Source: the human T2T-CHM13v2.0 reference genome, Homo sapiens
Length of the DNA stretch: 64,000 bases
Assembly: GCF_009914755.1 (NCBI RefSeq)
Contig: NC_060929.1
Strand: one strand, 5' to 3'
Made by a program: the position numbers and the translations under genes
Notes under the pieces: model-generated
Databases searched by the model: none
Told to the model about the DNA's origin: nothing
Seen by the model: only the letters and a program-made list of their open reading frames with translations
Shown: positions 57,484-64,000 of the stretch, one piece after another
Numbering within the stretch: position 1 is the stretch's first letter
How the letters are laid out: the number at the start of each line of letters is the position of its first letter

Positions 57484-58918
57484 GGGCCCCACTCTTCTGA
57501 CTTCATCTAACCCTGATTCTCTCCCAAAGGCCTCATCTCCAAATACCATCACAATAGGGGCTAGGGCTTCAATATATGAATTTGGGTAGGGGGAACCACA
57601 GTTCAGTTCATAGCAAGAGGGTTTTGGTAAACTGTTGGAGTCAGATGCCACACAGCAGCAGTGAGCTAACGAGCAAAGGGGAGATGAAGCAGAGAACATG
57701 AACAACTCATGAGACTTGGTAGTGAGAGGCTGATGTTATGAGAGTAGCTTATAGAAAAGAAAATAACCTCCTTGGGAAAGAAAAGATCTCATGTTTAATT
57801 TGCTTAGAAATCCTTTTTTATTTTCTTTTCACATCCAGTGAGCTACTGATATATTTTTCCATTTCCCCCATCCCACTATATAATCTCCCCAAGTCAGGTG
57901 AACATTTAAAAAAAGCCACCCATAACAGTTAAGAGAAAGAGCACATATTACAAAACAGTGCGTGTTATATGATCAGATTTGTTTAAAATATTCATGAATA
58001 CAATTTTTCAGAAGGCCTTATGTATAAAGTGTTTAGTGTTTAATCCTAGGAGATAGGATTTAGGATACATTAGGCAGGGTTCAGTTAGGAAAACAAACTG
58101 CACTGCATGTTTCAAGTAGAAAGGATTTAACTTAGTTCCATGCCTGCAAAATTGCTGAAAGGGCTGCAGAAAAGAGAGGTGAGTAAAGGCCACCAAGAGC
58201 TGTCAGATTTGCCATCGTGGCTGTGATCCCCTCAGAGATCAGGAACTGCTACTGACTTTGCACCACCACAGCCTGAGGGAGAAAGGTTCCCACCTCCCTC
58301 TGCCTTCCAAACCCATGTGAGTGCATTTCATCGGCAGAGTTAAAACTCTATCCAGAACCCAGCTGGTAAGAGAATCTGAGAGGTAGTTCCCAGGCCCTCT
58401 TTGATTCTGGGGAGAAGAGAGGGGTGGGAATGGTATCAAGTGCCAGACAACAGCTATCATAGTCTCCACCCTCTTTAGCTACTCAGTGACCAACCATATG
58501 CACCCTCTTATCCATACCACAATTTCTAAATCGCAATAGCAATGATACTAACCTTCTCTGTAGTCATTCCTTGATTCAATTTAAATAGGTTCAACTTTTG
58601 AAAATGAGAGATCCAAAGTACCATGATTTATAGTGTGGGATATAAGCGTTTTTTTAAATAACGATTAATTTTTTATTTTCTAATTTATAATTTTTTTCTT
58701 TTGAGTTTTCTATTAACTGGAACTTTACAAGGATTCAATTTCCTTAAAATTTTAAACATTATTCCTAACAATAGTATTGTAAAGTGATCTTCATTCTTCC
58801 AGTTCAATGACAAACCCACCTAGATATCATGTAACCTACCTATTAAATTATGAGTTTCACCAGTACCAACTCACCCTATATGAAATAATAGGAGAAAATA
58901 AGAGGAAAAAGAAAAGTG

Positions 58919-59009
58919 CATATGTGTGTGTGTGTGTATATATATAAATACATATATATATACATACATACATATATATATACACACACATATATATATA
59001 TATACACAC

Positions 59010-59056
<47 letters not shown>

Positions 59057-59057
59057 C
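58919..59057. repeat. Compound (TG)n/(TA)n/(CA)n microsatellite
   Basis: Read directly. Confidence 0.95.
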
Positions 59058-61263
59058 AAGCAAGAAAATATGCACAGCCTAGCCATCTTTTCTGCAACTG
59101 GTCATGAGGCTATAGCTGATATTTATAACTTCCCTCCACTGGGAAATCCATATTTTATTTGTTTGGCTAGCATCTCAGCTGGTTAGAATTAGTTCTTTAC
59201 TTAATGAAGTAATCCAAAATCTTTATTCCTCAAGGGCCTAGCCCTTAGTGGACTGACTTGTATTTGGCCTGACTTGTATTGGGTTGTTCTAATCTGCTAA
59301 CTTTTACCACTGGATAATTACTGGAAGGTATCCTAGGGATTCCCATGTGTTTCAGACATAGTACTCAGTGTCCCAATTTCCTCTTGATAGTTACTCCAGC
59401 CAGTAGAGTAACTCCCTTCTTTGCTTGTTGGCTCAGTGGCATGGGGTGTCCCAAAGGGCTAAACAGGTGGCAGTCAATGGAATCATTTTTGTATTCTCTG
59501 ATGGAGAACTCTCTAAGATTTCAAACTAGCAGAGCTCAAAGTTGCAAAAATAAGAATCTATAACTTTCTTTTTTTTTTGTTTTTACTGATACCGGATAGA
59601 TACGTATTTTCAGGGTACCTGTGACATTTTCATACATTTATAATGTGTAATAATCAAGTCAGGATAACTGGGATATCCATCACCTTCAACATGTATCTTT
59701 TCTTTATGCTGGGAACATTCAAATTATTCTCTAGTAGCTACTTTGAATTATAAAATATTATAGTCACTCTATTGAATTATCAAACACTAGGTCTTACTTC
59801 TTCTATCTACCTATATTTTTGTACCCATTATTCAACCTCTCTTCATCCCCCTCTCCTCCCTACCCTTCCCAGCCTCTAATAACCACCAAAATACTCTCTA
59901 TCTTCATGAGATCCACTTCCTTAGCTCCCACATGAGTAAGAACATGCGATATTTGTCTTTTTGTGCTTTCTGGCTTTTTTCATGTAACATAGCAACCTCC
60001 AGTTCCATTCATGTTGCTGTGACAGGATTTCATTCTTTTTTTTTTTATAGCTGATAATATTCTATTGTGTGTATCTTCATCTATTCATCTGTTGATAGGC
60101 ACTGATATTGATTTCAAATTTTGGCCATTGTGAAGTGCTGCAATAAACAAGAGAATGCAGGTATCTCTTCAATATATTGATGTCTTTTCTTTTGGATATA
60201 TACCCAGTAAGGGAATTACTGGATCATATGGTAGTTCTATTTTGAGTTTTTTGAGGAATTTTCATACTGTCTTACATAGCAGTTGTAGTAATTTACATTT
60301 CTGCCAAGAGTGTATGAGACTTCCTCTTTCTTACATATCCTTGCCAGCATCCATTATTCCCTATGCTTTGGTAGAAGCCATTTTAACTGGGGAGAGAGAA
60401 TATCTCATTGTGATTTTGAATACTTTTTCATTTACCTGTTGGCCATTTGTACGTCTTCTTTTGAGCAATGTCTATTCAGATCTTTCGCTAATCTTTTGCT
60501 AAAAAAAATCAGATTTGTTTTTTGTGCTACTGAGTTCCTTATATTCCTTGCCAATGGACAGTGTGCAAATATTGTCTCCCATTCTGTAGTTTGTCTTTTC
60601 ACTTTCATTATTTCCATTGCTGTGTGGAAGCTTTTTAGTTTGATGTAATCCCATTTGTATAGTTTTGCTATCATTGCCTATGCTTTTGAGGTCTTACTAA
60701 AAATTCTTTGCCCAGACTCAATGTCCTAGTGCATTTCCTTAATGTTTTCTCTGAGTAGTTTGATAGTTCAGGTCTTATGTCTAGGTTTTAATCTGCTCTG
60801 ATTTTTGTATATGGCGAGAGATTGGTGTCTGGTTTCATTCTTCTGCATATGGATATCCACTTTTCCCAGCACCATTTATTGAAGAGACTGTTCTTTCCCC
60901 CACTGTATGTTCTTGGTACCTCTGTCAAAAATGAGATGACTGTAGATGAGTAGATTTATTTCTGGATTCTCTATTATGTTTCATTGCTCTATGTGTCTGC
61001 TTTTGTGCCAGTACTATGCTGTTTTGGTTGCCACAGCTTTGTAGCATAATTTGAACTCAAGTAGTGTGATCCCTCCAGCTTTGTTCTTTTTGCTCAGGAT
61101 TGGCTTTGGCTATTTGGGCTTTTTTTTTTTTTTTTTTTTTTTTGTAGTTCTATAAACATTGTAGGATTTTTTTTTTTTTCTATTTCTGTGAAGCATGACA
61201 TTGGTATTTTGATAGGGATTACATTGACTCTATAGATCACTTTGGGTAGTATTAACATTTTAA

Positions 61264-61394
61264 CCCATTTGTGCTGGAGCCTGAAATTTTTTTGTGTGTG
61301 AAAAATCAGACGTTGGTGATGACCTTGAGCAGTAGGATATAAATAACTCCCACAAGCTTAGCGTTCCAGTAATGGAACACTAGGCATAAATAGA
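61264..61394 (-). mobile_element. MER85, piggyBac (PGBD3-derived) MITE
   Basis: TTAA TSDs at 61260-61263 and 61395-61398. TIRs cccatttgtgc / gcataaataga. Internal palindrome gttccagtaatggaac at 61363-61378. Confidence 0.9.
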
Positions 61395-61407
61395 TTAACA
61401 ATATTAA

Positions 61408-61804
<397 letters not shown>

Positions 61805-61838
61805 GTCTTTTACTTCTTTGGTTAAATTTATTCTTAGG

Positions 61839-62206
<368 letters not shown>

Positions 62207-62324
62207 TCAGATTCTTCACTGTTGGCATATATAAATGCTATTAAAACCCACCTAGATACGTAACCTACCTACTAAATTATGAGTTTCACCAATACCAACT
62301 CATCCTATATAAAATGATAGGAGA

Positions 62325-62630
62325 GGCTGGACATGGTGGCTCACACCTGTAATCCCAGCACTTTGGGAGGCCAAGGTGAGCAGATCACCTGAGGCCAGGA
62401 GTTCGAGAACATCCTGGCCAATATGGTGAAACCCCATCTCTACTAAAAACACAAAAAAGTAGGCGGGCATGGTGGTGCATACCTGTAATCCTAGCTACTC
62501 AGGAGGGGGAGGCACGAGAATCGCTTGAACTCAGGAGGCAGAGGTTGCAGTGAGCCCAGATTGCGCCACTGCACTCCAGCCCAGGCAACAAAGCAACACT
62601 CTGTCTCAAAAATAAATAAATAAATAAAAA
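62325..62630 (+). mobile_element. AluS with (TAAA)n tail
   Basis: Full dimer, TSD-like aaa(a)t..taggaga on both sides. Confidence 0.9.
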
Positions 62631-63586
62631 TTAAGTAGGAGAAAGTAAGAGGAAAAAGGGACATGCATATATACATAAAAGCAAGAATATATGCATAGCG
62701 TAGCCATTGCTTCTGATTACAGGCTATAGCTGGTTACAGGCTACAGTTGATATTTACTCCTTCCTTCTCCTACTAGGAAATCCTTATTTTCTTTAGCTAG
62801 CATCTCAGCTGGTTAGAATTCTTTATTTAATGAAGTAATCAACAATCTCTACTCCTGAAGAAGTCTGCTTTTAGACCTAGTGATGTAAACAGAGATCTGA
62901 AATAAGAAAATATAAATGAAAATAGACCTACTGATGGTACAGCTCATGGGTGCAAGACATCTTCTGATAAGATTCATACATGCATTGATATTCCTATAGG
63001 TAGAATTACTTGGTTGAGGACTTTGAGTAATCGTAGCTCTCCTGGTTTAGGAGCTGCTGTAAGAATTATATAAGAATCAAAATTTATTTATTTATTTATT
63101 TTTTACCTGCTAGGAGTGCAAGCAAGGAATCAAAATTTAAACCTTTTTAGATCTAAAATTTAGATTTTTGTAGCTATTGTAAATGGAATTGACTTATTTG
63201 ATTCTCTGATTGTTATTGGTGCATAGAGATGCTAAAATGATTTTAACGTGTTGATTTTGTATCCTGTAACTTTACTGAATGTATCAGTTCTAGAAGTTTT
63301 TTGTTGGAGTATTTAGGGGTTTCTATATATAAGATCATATCATCTGTGAACAGGATAATTCTGCGAACAAGGTGAATTTGACTTCTTCCTTTCCAATTTG
63401 GATGCCCTTTATTTCTTTCTTTCCTAATTGCTCTAGCCAGGACTTCCTGTATTACGTTGGGTAACAGTGATGAAAGTGGGCATCCCTGTCTTATTCCAGT
63501 CTTTAGAGGAAAGGCCTTCAGTTTTTCCCCCTTCACTATGATATTAGCCATGGGTTTGTCATAGGTTGCCTTTATTTTGAGATATG

Positions 63587-63932
63587 TGTATTAGTCTGTT
63601 CTCACACTGCTATAAAGAACTTCCCTGAGACTGGGTAACTTATAAAGGAAAGAGGTTTAATTGATTCACAGTTCAGCATGGCTGGAGAGGCCTCAGAAAA
63701 CTTATAATCATGGTGGAAGGGGAAGCAGGCACCTTCTCAAGGCAGCAGGATAGAGTGTAAGCATGTGCAGGAGGAACTGTCAACCACATAGAAAACCATC
63801 AGATCTTGTCAGAATTCGTTCTTATGCTATCATAAGAATAGAATGGAAGAAACCAGTCACCTCCCTCCCTCAATATGTGGGTATTACAATTCAAGATGAG
63901 ATTTGGGTGGGACACAGAGCCAAACCATATCA
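63587..63932 (-). mobile_element. THE1/MST-type MaLR solo LTR
   Basis: tgtattagtc...aaaccatatca, perfect 5-bp TSD atatg. Confidence 0.9.
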
Positions 63933-64000
63933 ATATGTTCCTTTTGTATCCATTTTAGGGTTTTTATCATAAAGGGATGGTTATCAAATGCTTTTCTGTC

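Larger units (their letters stand above)
55963..57615 (-). mobile_element. MLT1A-type LTR split by an L1PA and an MST LTR
   Basis: Pieces at 55963-56203, ~57064-57080 and 57484-57615. TSD aaagg/agagg. Confidence 0.75.

Noticed and set aside
58857-59186. YI/CV/HT-rich ORFs
   Set aside because: Translations of the dinucleotide microsatellite.

Overview
Repeat-dense primate DNA (human or a close great ape), entirely inside one large gene. Six coding exons on the minus strand, found by GT-AG junctions and continuous frame, total exactly 900 nt (300 codons). They translate to the central coiled-coil region of MCC (mutated in colorectal cancers): ...REEDEYSELRSELSQSQ...FEVETERLN(S). The flanking exons lie outside the window. 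The introns hold a near-full-length but dead L1PA (antisense to MCC) with a solo LTR12 inserted in ORF1, many Alus, MaLR/ERV1 LTRs, hAT, Tigger, mariner and piggyBac MITEs (MER20, MER5, MER3, MER45, MER6A, Tigger2, MADE1, MER85), L2/MIR relics, a homogeneous 33-bp VNTR and an old ~400-bp local duplication. No prokaryotic system, CRISPR array or structural RNA gene is present, and I see no clearly new biological system. The best leads are regulatory or RNA-level hypotheses: LTR12 and L1 promoters, the VNTR, MER85, and an inverted-Alu-flanked 207-nt exon. Repeat subfamily names come from recalled consensus sequences and need RepeatMasker/Dfam confirmation. Boundaries without a stated TSD are approximate.
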